Assembly: GCA_964016885.1 (NCBI GenBank)
Contig: OZ024741.1
Coordinates: 4,898,001 to 4,962,000 of the forward strand
Length of the DNA: 64,000 nt
Direction: 5' to 3'
DNA from: Eledone cirrhosa
Taxonomy: Eukaryota
Part shown: positions 48,176 to 64,000 of the stretch, one piece after another
Position numbering within the stretch: position 1 is the stretch's first letter
Layout: each line of letters begins with the position of its first letter
Position numbers and translations under genes: made by a program
The notes under the pieces: model-generated
What the model saw: the letters and a program-made list of their open reading frames with translations, nothing else
Told to the model about the DNA's origin: nothing
Databases searched by the model: none

Positions 48176-49329
48176 AAAAAGAGATGAAATCGAAAATGCA
48201 ACTAGAGTCTTATTTTTTTTTTTTTTTTTTTTAATATATATATTAAAAAATATATATATTTATTTGGTTCCTTTACCGGTTTCTCAGTTCTTCTGCTTTT
48301 CAAAGGGTGAATTGAGATGGAGGGTCTGTGGTTTTTCTCACATCTGGTTGGTCTCTGAATGTTACTTGTTTTATATGGAAAAAGTGGCTCGAAATGCCAG
48401 GTTTTTCGAGAAGTAATTTGATTGGTTTGTCAATAATTATAATAAATTTCGCGCCAGTTCGCGTTACAATAGTTCTTCAAATAAGAGAGGGGGGGGGGGG
48501 TTGTCACAGGTTGTTTTTCATATATGAGTGTTTGAATTTCTTTTTACTTGAAAAAAGGAGGCTCACGAAGGCTTTTTTTTGGTTGGTTATAAATGAAATT
48601 TGGCTGTCACGTGAACAAGTTTTCATTATATTTTTGCGCCCTTATTTGGAAAACTATTCTGTAGTCTTTATAGTGAATGTTATGACAATGGAGAGATAGT
48701 GGTCAAGAGAAAAGGGATTGGGAGAAATGTTCTGGTTCAGTGAATATGGCCAGCTCGCCGGGGTGTCAGAGTTCAGATTTTCTATTGAAGTGAAGATATG
48801 TATGTTTATTTGTGTGCTTGTGTGTGTGTATGTGTGTGTGTATGTGTGTATTGGAAGATAATTCTATTAGTAGAGATGGGGGAGGGTGTTGTGTGTGTGT
48901 GTATATGGGTGTTATGTGTGTGTGTGCGAGTATGTTAAGATGGAGAGAATATATATTTTGTGTGTGTGTATATATATATGTGTGTGTAGGAAAGTGGTTC
49001 TATTAGTAGAAATGGGGAGGGAGTTGTAGGTGTGGGGGTTGTTATGTGTGTGTATGGGTGTTATGTGTGTGGGAGTATGGTTAGCATGTTAAGATGAGGA
49101 GAATATATATATATATATATTGTGTGTGTGTATGTGTGTGTGTAGGAAAGTGATTCCTTTAGTAGGAATATTTTTGAATGAACATATTTTCCTTACTTTT
49201 TCGTGTTTGCTGTTGTATTGCCAGTGCAAACGTATGTTAAGGTTTATTTAGTTCGGGTTTTTATTTTCTAAAGTAGAAGGTGTTATGTGTGTGTGTGTAT
49301 GTCATATTGTGGTGTTGACATAATGTATA

Positions 49330-51660
49330 TTAAACCTTCTTTAATGTTGGTCTATATTTTTGAATAAACATATTTTCCTTATTTATTCGCATTTGTTCTG
49401 TTGTATTGTTAGCGCAAAGATAAAATGGGAAGACTTGGAATTTGGGTGTCTTATTACTTGCGCAAATGTCTAGATGTGCACTTAGTGGTATCTGTCTCGT
49501 GGTTGGATCTCGTAATTGTTGGCGATGAACTGTCATTCTGTTTCTGAGTGTGAGTTTAGTTTGTCCTATATAATCTTCATTGCATCCTTTACATTTAATG
49601 GCATAAATTAGATTTTTTGATGAGCAAGTGAAGTGATTTTTTACAGTAAAATTTTGTCCTGATTTAAATGTATACGTGTTGCCTTCAATGAGGTGAGTGC
49701 AGGTGCCACAATTAGAGCGACTACATTTTTTGATACTTGGTTGTGGGTTTGTGGTAGGTAATTTGGCATTGGTGAGTAATGTTTTCAGTGATTTGGGTTG
49801 TCTCTTGCTTTTGATTATTTTGTGTGTTTCAAGGGCTTTTTTCATTCTTGGGTTTTGTTTTAGTAGTGGGATGTTATTGTGAATAGTGTTGTAAGCTTCC
49901 GCATTTCTTGGGTTGTGTGTTGAGATATATGATAGAATATTGGACGTACCTTGAATTTGTTTCTGTTTCCGTAATTCATCAATGCCTATTGCTTTAGCCC
50001 TTTCTATTCCATTATTTATTAGTAATAGTGGGTACTCTCTCTCGAGTAGAATTTCCTTTAATTCTTGAAGTCTTTTATTTCGCGTTTCATAATTGGAGAC
50101 AATTGTGTAAATTCTTCTTGCTAGGTTAAAAGGAATGTTCGTCTTCGTGTGCTTTGGATGGTTGGAGGTGAATAGCAGATATTGTTTGGTATCTGTTGGT
50201 TTGTAATGTATGTCAGTTTCGATATTTGTGTCTTTTTTTGTGATTAAGATGTCCAGAAATGGGAGTTGATCTTGGCTGTATTCCATTGTGAATTGGATGT
50301 GGTTATTGATGCCGTTTATTAAGTTTTTGAAATCCTTCAGTTGGTCGAGTCTGTGGGACCAAAGAATGAGGCAATCATCCAAGTAGCGTTTCCAATTCTC
50401 TGATAAATATTTGTGGAAGTTCAATCCGTATTTTGATTTGGACTGTTCATATATCTGGACTTCTAAGTATGCCATGACTAAGTTGGCATAAGTTGGAGCG
50501 GCTTTTGTACCCATCGCAGTCCCCGATATTTGCTTGTAAGTATTGCCATCGAAATCAAAAAAGTTGTTCTGTAGGATGAATTTTAATCCCTCGGTGATGA
50601 AGCTTTTTTCTATTCTGTCAGGTATCTCATTGGGATATTTTTCTAGCCAGAATCCTATTGCTTCTAGTCCGTATTGGTGTGGGATCGTTGTGTAGAGATT
50701 CAATACATCGAAAGACCCAATAATAGTGTCGTTGTTGACATGTTTGGGGAGGTGGTTTAAGAGGTCCAGATCGTCTATTACAAGGCTTGGTATGTGTTTC
50801 AGTATTGGTTTCAGTAGTATGTCTATAAAGTTGCTCAATCTGTGTGTTTCACATTGTGGGCCCGCTACAATTGGTCTTAATTTAAGGTATGTGGGGTATT
50901 GTGTGTTCACGCAGGCTGAGGTGGATTGTTTACAGGCATCGTTGATTATTTTACATTTGTGGATCTTCGGAAGTCCGTAAAGGTTGCTGGTTTTGTATTC
51001 AAAATTTGTTAAATAATCGCGTTCCTTTTTAGTTAGGTCTTCCTGGTATCGATAAATCAGTGTGTTTAATTTGGTCATTATTTTTGATTGCTGGTAGTTT
51101 TTTACTCTTTCATAGTAATTAGTATTTTGTAAGAGAGAGAACATAGAATTTTTATATTTTTCAGCCTCCATAATGACAACAGTACTTCCCTTGTCCGCTT
51201 CCTTAATTACAATGTCCGTATTGTTTTTTAGTTCATGGATAATCTCCCATTCCCTTCGACTTGTGTTGGGTTTGGGTTTAGGTTGCGGTAGTTCATGGTA
51301 TGGGAAGGTAGCTATGTGGTCACAAAATTTGTCCAGAACTCTGTTTCTACCTTTTGTTGGGTTGTAGCTGCTTTTATTCCGTACAATTGATTCGTCGTTA
51401 TTCTCCTTGTCAAAGAATTCCTCTGTGAGACGTAATTTTCTACAGAAGTGTAAGATATCGTCATTTATCTCGTTGGGGTTAGGGTATTGTGGTGTTGGTG
51501 TGAATTTCAGACCTTTGGAGAGAATTTTTGCTTGTTGGGCTGAGAGGTTTGTATTTGAAATGTTAATTATTTTCGGTTTTTCAAAATCGGTTTGTGCCAC
51601 CGGGTGTCGTGAGTCCTGTAGCCTTGGTCTAAAAAATGATTTTTCTGGAATGTTTTTCAT
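49330..51660 (-). CDS. PLE reverse transcriptase-GIY-YIG endonuclease (776 aa, uninterrupted)
   Basis: KGLKFTPTP, IKEADKG, YGLPKIHK, LRPIV, FDVLNLYT.IP, GTAMGT.AAP.YANL, RYLDD, LPFLD, CxxxxCxxC linker, NLIY..C..C..YIGQT..R...H. Confidence 0.93.
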   Translation of the reverse strand: MKNIPEKSFFRPRLQDSRHPVAQTDFEKPKIINISNTNLSAQQAKILSKGLKFTPTPQYPNPNEINDDILHFCRKLRLTEEFFDKENNDESIVRNKSSYNPTKGRNRVLDKFCDHIATFPYHELPQPKPKPNTSRREWEIIHELKNNTDIVIKEADKGSTVVIMEAEKYKNSMFSLLQNTNYYERVKNYQQSKIMTKLNTLIYRYQEDLTKKERDYLTNFEYKTSNLYGLPKIHKCKIINDACKQSTSACVNTQYPTYLKLRPIVAGPQCETHRLSNFIDILLKPILKHIPSLVIDDLDLLNHLPKHVNNDTIIGSFDVLNLYTTIPHQYGLEAIGFWLEKYPNEIPDRIEKSFITEGLKFILQNNFFDFDGNTYKQISGTAMGTKAAPTYANLVMAYLEVQIYEQSKSKYGLNFHKYLSENWKRYLDDCLILWSHRLDQLKDFKNLINGINNHIQFTMEYSQDQLPFLDILITKKDTNIETDIHYKPTDTKQYLLFTSNHPKHTKTNIPFNLARRIYTIVSNYETRNKRLQELKEILLEREYPLLLINNGIERAKAIGIDELRKQKQIQGTSNILSYISTHNPRNAEAYNTIHNNIPLLKQNPRMKKALETHKIIKSKRQPKSLKTLLTNAKLPTTNPQPSIKKCSRSNCGTCTHLIEGNTYTFKSGQNFTVKNHFTCSSKNLIYAIKCKGCNEDYIGQTKLTLRNRMTVHRQQLRDPTTRQIPLSAHLDICASNKTPKFQVFPFYLCANNTTEQMRINKENMFIQKYRPTLKKV

Positions 51661-52075
51661 TGGTATTATTATATCTAATGGTATTTCCTCTGTTGTTGTG
51701 TGGTCTTGTATAGAAGTTTCGGACGTATTGAGGTTCGGTTTGTTGATAGTCCGGGTTGTAGATTTGGTTCCTTTGTGTGGGTTGGGATCTACGGTTTTGG
51801 AACAGGCTCTGTGTGGGCAGGGGTCTACGGTTTTGGAATAGGTTTTGTGTGGGTTGTGATCTGCGGTTCAGGTCCTGCCTTGTGTTCGGGGATCTTTGGT
51901 TTTTGTTAGTAGGGTTATAGTTTTGTCTATGGTTTCTGGGATTATCGTCATAGTTTTGCTGGGGGTATGTTGGACGTTTTGTTACTTTTTTTCTTATTTG
52001 TTGTGCATGTGGTGTGTGAGTTTTAGTTTGTTTTAAAAATGGGTTACCTGTATGTTGTTCATTTTTGAAGTCCAT
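51629..52075 (-). CDS. low-complexity N/Q/R-rich upstream ORF of the PLE (possibly truncated ORF1)
   Basis: 148-aa ORF overlapping the RT ORF start; three ~10-aa NRRSQPTQ-like repeats. Confidence 0.5.
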   Translation of the reverse strand: MDFKNEQHTGNPFLKQTKTHTPHAQQIRKKVTKRPTYPQQNYDDNPRNHRQNYNPTNKNQRSPNTRQDLNRRSQPTQNLFQNRRPLPTQSLFQNRRSQPTQRNQIYNPDYQQTEPQYVRNFYTRPHNNRGNTIRYNNTNEKHSRKIIF

Positions 52076-52097
52076 TTCGCAGTTGTTATATATATAT

Positions 52098-53872
52098 AAT
52101 GGAAAAATTTGAACAGGGACAAAACAGAGAGGCAGTACAACGAATGTTTATTATTTTCACGCTCTGGAGAGTGGGGTGTTGGTGGGGGACGACGTTTCGG
52201 GCATAAGCCCTTCCTCAGGTGAGAAGTGTGTGGGAACAGAGTTCAAAGGGTGTGTAGGGGAGTGGTGGAGAGACATATAGCGAAAGGAAACGGTGCGAAT
52301 GAAAAAATAAAAATAAAGATAAAAATAAAAATAAAGCATGATCAAAATACAAGGAATGAGATAAATTTAAAAATAAAGGCATGATCTAAATAAACTGAAA
52401 TTAAAATGGGGGTAAACAGGTGGTGGAAGGGTGTGGGATGTGTAGGGGTGGTGACGGGTGGAGTGGGGAGAGGGAGACGGGGTGTCCGAGCGGGGAGGGC
52501 TGAAGGTGGTGTGTGTGTGTGTAGGTGTGCGTGTGTTTGTGTGTGTGTATGTGAAAGTAAGGGTTGGGGGAAGAACGGGGTTGCATGTTCAGGAAGAGGT
52601 GTGTATGGGGGGGTCGGAGTGTCTGTGCGTGTGTGGATAGAGGGGTGGGGGGAGAGGAATCAGGAGGCTGAGGGTGTAAATATATGGTGGAAAGCACGCG
52701 TGTGTGGGGTTTAAGCGTGTTGTGGGTGTAGGTGGCGTGTGGAGAAAAAAAATGTTTGGGGGTGTGTGTGTGGGTGAGTTATATAGGTGATTACGTAAGA
52801 GGATGGTTGAAAAGTTGGTAAATTCCGAAGATGTTTAGTGGATTGGTTGTTGGTCAATTTCTGCGTGTGGGTATTCCATGAAGCGATGGTCGGAAGAGGA
52901 GAGATGTGGCGTGCGCGCGCAACAGGAAGTGGTCAGCAGTGGGAGTGCTGTGGTCTGTTTGTGCTGGGAGGTGGTCAGAGGGCATAGCAGCAGTCGGTGG
53001 AATGGTAAAGGGGCGAGGATGGGTAGGTGTGAAAGTTGGAGTGAGGAGGGTGTGTGTGTGTGTATTAGTAGGGGTGTTAGTGGGATGAGTGAGTGTGGAG
53101 CGAGGGTGTGGGTGGAGCAGGGAGAGAAGGGTGTGTGTGGTTCTATGGAGGGAGTGTGGTGTACTGGTGTGTGTGTAGTTTGATGAAGAGGTGTTAGTGG
53201 GTGTTAGTATACGGGAGGTGGGGAGGGGTTGAATGCAGGTGTGAGTGGGGGTTAGTGGTGGTAGGGTGTGTAGAGTTGGTGGTGTACGAGGGTGTGTGGG
53301 TACATGTGCGTGGGGTTCGGGGGTGTTAGTGATGTTAGTTGCGTGTGGGGTGGGTGGTGTAAGTGGGTGCGTGTGCTTGGGGTTAGGGGTGTTAGTGAGG
53401 TTAGTTGCGGGGTGGTGGGATGGAGGTGTGGGGGTGAGAGGTGTGGGGGTGAGGGTTAGTGGTGGTAGTAGGGTGTGTGTTTAGTGTGAGCGCGTGTATA
53501 TATGTGCCGGTGGGTGTGTGCGTGTGATAAGGAGGGGGAGCAGGAGAAGAGGGGAGGGAAGGGATGTTAGTATGTTAGTTGGGGAAGGGTGGTCAGATGA
53601 GAGGTGGAGTGGAGGTGTTAGTATTGTTAGTTGTGGGGTGGGCGGTGAAAAGGAGGGGTGTGTTAGTGGTGCTAGTGGGGGATAAGTGTGGGGGGAGGGG
53701 GGCGGTCGAAGCCTAAAGGAATAAGGGTGGGGAGTTCAGGCCGGGGGGAGTGTGGGTCTGTAAGATGAAGATAGTTCGTTGTTCGACCGTAAGGCGATTA
53801 ATGGGTGTTCCGTGGCACTGGAGTAGGCCACAGACTGTGAGATGGCGTGCGGAATGTCCAGGGCCACCAAAG
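52098..53872 (-). mobile_element. PLE 3' fragment: GIY-YIG C-terminus, long CA-rich 3'UTR and pLTR
   Basis: [34 protein letters not shown] at 53713-53870; HHR-like motif at 52155-52225. Confidence 0.85.
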
Positions 53873-53885
53873 ATATATATATATA

Positions 53886-58250
<4,365 letters not shown>

Positions 58251-58251
58251 G

Positions 58252-58284
<33 letters not shown>

Positions 58285-58297
58285 ATATTTATATATA

Positions 58298-58391
<94 letters not shown>

Positions 58392-58396
<5 letters not shown>

Positions 58397-58910
58397 ATAC
58401 TTTGGGAGGGTCATGTTGCTAATAAGAAACACACGCACCAGTTGCTTTCACTTCAATTTATTATAATAAATTTATAATAAATTTATAAATTTCTGGTTGG
58501 TTGGTTGGTTCCGCAACCAGATAGTTGTTTATATATAGTCATAGTTCTTTCGTCACACACTCTGTGACCTCTTCAGTGACTGGAGATTCCTTTCTTTGTT
58601 TCTGTGCCTCTCCTTTGTTCTGTCCTACGCCATTTTGTTTCTGTGTGTGTGTTGTGTGCTCAGTCTGCGCATGCGCCACATCCGGGTGTCTGTGTGTGTT
58701 TATGTTCATTTATTTATTTGTTTATTTACATGTTACTGGTTGGTTGTTTGTTCTATGTGTGTGTGTGTTTTCATTTTGTCCTTTATTGTAAGTTGTGATG
58801 TTGCTGTTCCACTCATATTTTCTATTTAATTTTGGTTGTAATTCTTTTATGTTTATTGCCTCTGTAATTTGTCTAAACATTGCGTCTTTTCTGTGTGTAG
58901 ATTCTATATA
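58392..58910 (-). mobile_element. pLTR-like repeat related to 14857-15515
   Basis: Shared end gttata(c)tttggg(g)agggtcat and ctacgccattt; contains an HHR. Confidence 0.7.
58537..58581 (-). ncRNA. minimal type I hammerhead
   Basis: AGTCA-CTGAAGA-g-GTCACA gagtg TGTGAC-GAAA-GAAC-TA-TGACT. Confidence 0.83.
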
Positions 58911-58914
58911 GAAT

Positions 58915-59381
58915 CTATTTATTTTTTATTTCTCTCCGTCTCCTTAACACTATAACTAAATAAATAACTAAATAAATAAATAAATAAATAATTACAGTAC
59001 TCCCTCCCTCCTAAATCTCTCAATTTGTATGATGAATTATTATTATTCATCTGTTGCCTCAGCTGCCTCTCATTTTTCACCTCCTCACTATTTCTCTCTC
59101 CCATATCTCTCTCTATCTCTCTCTGTTTCTCTTTACATACATTTCTTCCTTTTCTCCGTCTTTCTTTCTAACTGTGCTTAACACTAAATATTTCACTACC
59201 AAACCAACTTCTTAAATGGAAGTTGATCAATATTTATGGTACGTCAAATTTATTTATAAAACTGCTTATATATTGTATTTTATCTGAAGAAGCCATGCCA
59301 TATTTTTAATATGGTATCCCTGAAATAAGTATAATGAAATAAATATGGTTTTATAAATATAGTTTCCATTTGTTTAATATC

Positions 59382-59385
<4 letters not shown>
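58915..59385 (+). mobile_element. solo Naiad pLTR
   Basis: Matches 41490-41930; HHR at 59277-59340. Confidence 0.88.
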
Positions 59386-59448
<63 letters not shown>

Positions 59449-59465
59449 CATATATATAAATATAT

Positions 59466-61010
59466 ATTAGAAAGTGAGGTTTTTTTTTACAAAATGAAAA
59501 ATAACCGAGGTGTCCTACACGAGTGAAAGTATAAAAAAAAAGAGATGAAATCGAAAATGCAACTGGAGTCTTATTTTTTTTAAAAATATATATATTTATT
59601 TGGTTCCTTTACCGGTTTCGCAGTTCTTCTGCTTTTCAAAAGGTGAGTTGAGATGGAGGGTCTGTGGTTTTTCTCACATCTGGTTGGTCTCTGAATGTTA
59701 CTTGTTTTATATGGAAAAAGTGGCTCGAAATGCCAGGTTTTTCGAGAAGTAATTTGATTGGTTTGTCAATAATTATAATAAATTTCGCGCCAGTTCGCGT
59801 TACAATAGTTCTTCAAATAAGAGAGGAGGGGGGGGGGTTGTCACAGGTTGTTTTCTCATATATGAGTGTTTGAATTTCTTTTTACTTGAAAAAAGGAGGC
59901 TCACGAAGGCTTTATTTTGGTTGGTTATAAATGAAATTATGGCTGTCACGTGAACAAATTTTCATTAAATGCTTGTGCCCTTATTTGGAAATCCATTCTG
60001 TAGCCTTTTTAGAGAATTTTTTGATAAGTAAAAGATAATGGTCAAGAGAAAGGGATGGGAGAATTGTTCTGGTTCAGTGAATATGGTTAGTTCGCTGGGG
60101 TGTCAGAATTCAGATTTTCTATTGAATAAAGAAAGTAAAGATATGTGTGTTTATTTGTGTGCTTGTGTGTGTGTGTGTGTGCGTGTGTGTGTGTGTGTTT
60201 GAATTTCTTTACTTTAAAAAAAGGTGGCTCACGAAGGCTTTTTTTTTAATAAACATGATTTGATTGGTTATAAATGAAATTTGGCTGTCACGTGAACAAG
60301 TTTTCATTACATTTTTGTGCCCTTATTTGGAAAACTATTCTGTAGTCTTTATAGCGAATGTTATGACAATGGAAAGTTAGTGGTCAAGAGAAAAGGGATT
60401 GGGAGAATTGTTCTGGTTCAGTGAATATGGTTAGTTCGCTGGGGTGTCAGAGTTCAGATTTTCTATTGAAGTGAAGATATGTATGTTTATTTGTGTGCTT
60501 GTGTGTGTGTATGTGTGTGTGTGTGTGTATGTGTGTATTCGAAGATGATTCTATTAGTAGAAATGGGGGAGGGAGTTGTGTGTGTGTATGGGTGTTATGT
60601 GTGTGTGTGCGAGTATGTTAAGATGGAGAGAATATATATTTTGTGTGTGTATATATATGTGTGTAGGAAAGTGGTTCTATTAGTAGAAATGGGGAGGGAG
60701 TTGTGGGTGTGGGGGTTGTTATGTGTGTGTGTATGGGTGTTATGTGTGTGGGAGTATGGTTATCATGTTAAGATGAGGAGAATATATATATATATATATT
60801 GTGTGTGTGTGTGTATGTGTGTGTGTAGGAAAGTGATTCCTTTAGTAGGAATATTTTTGAATGAACATATTTTCCTTACTTATTCGTGTTTGCTGCTGTA
60901 TTGCCAGTGCAAACGTATGTTAAGGTTTATTTAGTTCGGGTTTTTATTTTCTAAAGTAGAAGGTGTTATGTGTGTGTGTGTATGTCATATTATGGTGTTG
61001 ACATAATGTA
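59466..61010 (-). mobile_element. non-coding 3' part of the Neptune-type PLE
   Basis: Highly similar to 48172-49325 with an extra ~330-bp internal repeat; variant HHR at 59606-59643. Confidence 0.9.
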
Positions 61011-61025
61011 TATATATATATATAA

Positions 61026-61094
<69 letters not shown>

Positions 61095-61112
<18 letters not shown>

Positions 61113-62015
61113 TATAGTTAAAAGAATAGAGGTGTAACACACAAGTTATTATATATTGGTAAACGGAATAGAAAATGCTGACAAATTGTTCACAGTTGAA
61201 AAATGGTTTAATTAGGAATAAAAGAGTATTAGTGATTGTATGGGTTAGTATTCAGTTGTGGTTTTAAGTTTTTAAGTTTTTACCGGTTGCGCATTTCTAA
61301 ATGCTTTTCAAAAATAATTTTGAGATAGAGTGTCCGTGCTGTTTGCTCTGATCTGATTAGTTTTTGGAATTCTACCTGTTTTTATGTTAAAAAAGTGGCT
61401 CCAGCGTTATTTTTGTGTTGCAAAAATACTTGTGCTCAAAACAATTTTGATTGGTCGGTAGAGGTCATGTGAATGTAAAAAGTTGATTTTGCGCCAAGAC
61501 TGTTTTTATGTTAAAAAAGTGGCTCCAGCAAAAATTCTTGGTCAAAACAATTTTGATTGGTCGGTAGAGGTCATGTGGATAAAAAAATGTTTATCCACAT
61601 GACCTCTACCGACCAATCAAAATTGTTTTGACCAAGAATTTTTGCTGGAGCCACTTTTTTAACATAAAAACAGTCTTGGCGCAAAATCAACTTTTTACAT
61701 TCACATGACCTCTACCGACCAATCAAAATTGTTTTGACCACAAGCATTTTTGCAACACAAAAATAACGCTGGAGCCACTTTTTTAACATAAAAACAGGTA
61801 GAATTCCCAAAACTAATCAGATCAGAGCAAACAGCACGGACACTCTATCTCAAAATTATTTTTGAAAAGCATTTAGAAATGCGCAACCGGTAAAAACTTA
61901 AAAACTTAAAACCACAACTGAATACTAACCCATACAATCACTAATACTCTTTTATTCCTAATTAAACCATTTTCAACTGTGAACAATTTGTCAGCATTTT
62001 CTATTCCGTTTACCA
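61095..62015. mobile_element. fold-back pLTR insertion (arms 61158-61583 and 61590-62015)
   Basis: Centre gtggataaa-aaaatg-tttatccac; duplicated ccgaccaatca blocks; variant HHR at 61859-61895(+) and 61278-61314(-). Confidence 0.87.
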
Positions 62016-62024
62016 ATATATATT

Positions 62025-62078
<54 letters not shown>

Positions 62079-62093
62079 TATATATATATAAAT

Positions 62094-62127
<34 letters not shown>

Positions 62128-62134
62128 GTATATA

Positions 62135-62166
<32 letters not shown>

Positions 62167-62185
62167 AATATATATATATATAAAT

Positions 62186-62318
<133 letters not shown>

Positions 62319-62320
62319 TA

Positions 62321-62466
<146 letters not shown>

Positions 62467-62467
62467 A

Positions 62468-62500
<33 letters not shown>

Positions 62501-62527
62501 AATATATATATATAAATATATATATAA

Positions 62528-63149
<622 letters not shown>

Positions 63150-63150
<1 letters not shown>

Positions 63151-63184
63151 ACACATACACTCATCCACACACACATACATATAC

Positions 63185-63231
<47 letters not shown>

Positions 63232-63680
63232 CATACACACACACATACATATACATACACACATACACACACACACACATATACACATACACACACATAT
63301 ATATATACACACACACACACATATATATACATACACATACATCCAGATACACACATACATATACACACACACACACACACATACATACACATATATATAT
63401 ATATGTACATACACATATATATATATATACACACACATACATACACACACACATATATATACATACACACATACAAACACACACACACATATATACACAT
63501 ACACACACATATATATACACACACACACACATATATATACATACACATACATCCAGATACACACATACATACACACACACACACATACATACATCCACAT
63601 GCACACACATACACACACACATACATACACCCACACACATAGAGAAATGGCCTCCAAATATATATATATACATACATACA
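63150..63680. repeat. (CA)n/(CATA)n microsatellite
   Basis: Directly visible. Confidence 0.95.
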
Positions 63681-64000
63681 CATATTTTTTCCATAATATA
63701 AGAAGTTAGAACAGTGAAATTAAAATACAAGTCATTCTGATCATATTGAGTTCTTCATGTAGATTGGGCCCCGCAACCGACAGTGGTGAATTCTGTGTGC
63801 GCATATATATATATATAGATATATGTGTGCGCACGTGCAGGGTTTAACATGGATGTGTTGGTCACACAAAGGCATGGTCTGTCAACGAATAAACCTGATT
63901 CTACAGAATTGGTCTCTGGTCTTTAATAGTAGTGATAATTATATACATGCACACATACACACACATATCTGTCACTCCGTGCGGATGTGTGTTTATATTT

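Larger units (their letters stand above)
48170..52085 (-). mobile_element. Neptune-type PLE with open RT-EN ORF, 3'UTR and pLTR
   Basis: ORF 49330..51660; variant HHR at 48270-48307. Confidence 0.93.

Noticed and set aside
63690-64000. Possible host exon or tRNA-derived SINE head
   Set aside because: No convincing ORF, splice pattern or A/B boxes; cut by the window end.

Overview
AT-rich eukaryotic non-genic DNA with no recognisable host gene. It consists of long (TA)n/(TATG)n microsatellites into which many retroelements have inserted. A mollusc, probably an octopus, is inferred from the RTE tails ending in (GAT)n and the microsatellite load; this is not proven. The long Y/I/M/C-rich ORFs in the track are microsatellite artefacts. 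Real coding remnants are: a CR1-group 3' end, an R4/Dong-type RLE LINE, two inverted copies of an RTE LINE with a PHD finger inside the RT, and many Penelope-like elements (PLEs). The PLEs include a near-complete Naiad-type copy at 36464-42020 and a Neptune-type copy with an open 776-aa RT+GIY-YIG ORF. Reading by eye I find about 34 type-I hammerhead ribozyme (HHR) motifs from more than 10 families. The standout is a non-coding 310-bp tandem array at 32342-35200 with one minimal HHR per unit (a non-LTR retrozyme, predicted to yield ~310-nt circular RNA). It has the same head-to-head fold-back geometry as about 10 neighbouring PLE insertions. Also notable: three HHR families with a compensated U3-A8 core, a family that truncates or folds back at HHR stem II, and a candidate -1 frameshift site in the Neptune element. 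Coordinates were counted by eye; element boundaries may be off by a few nt.
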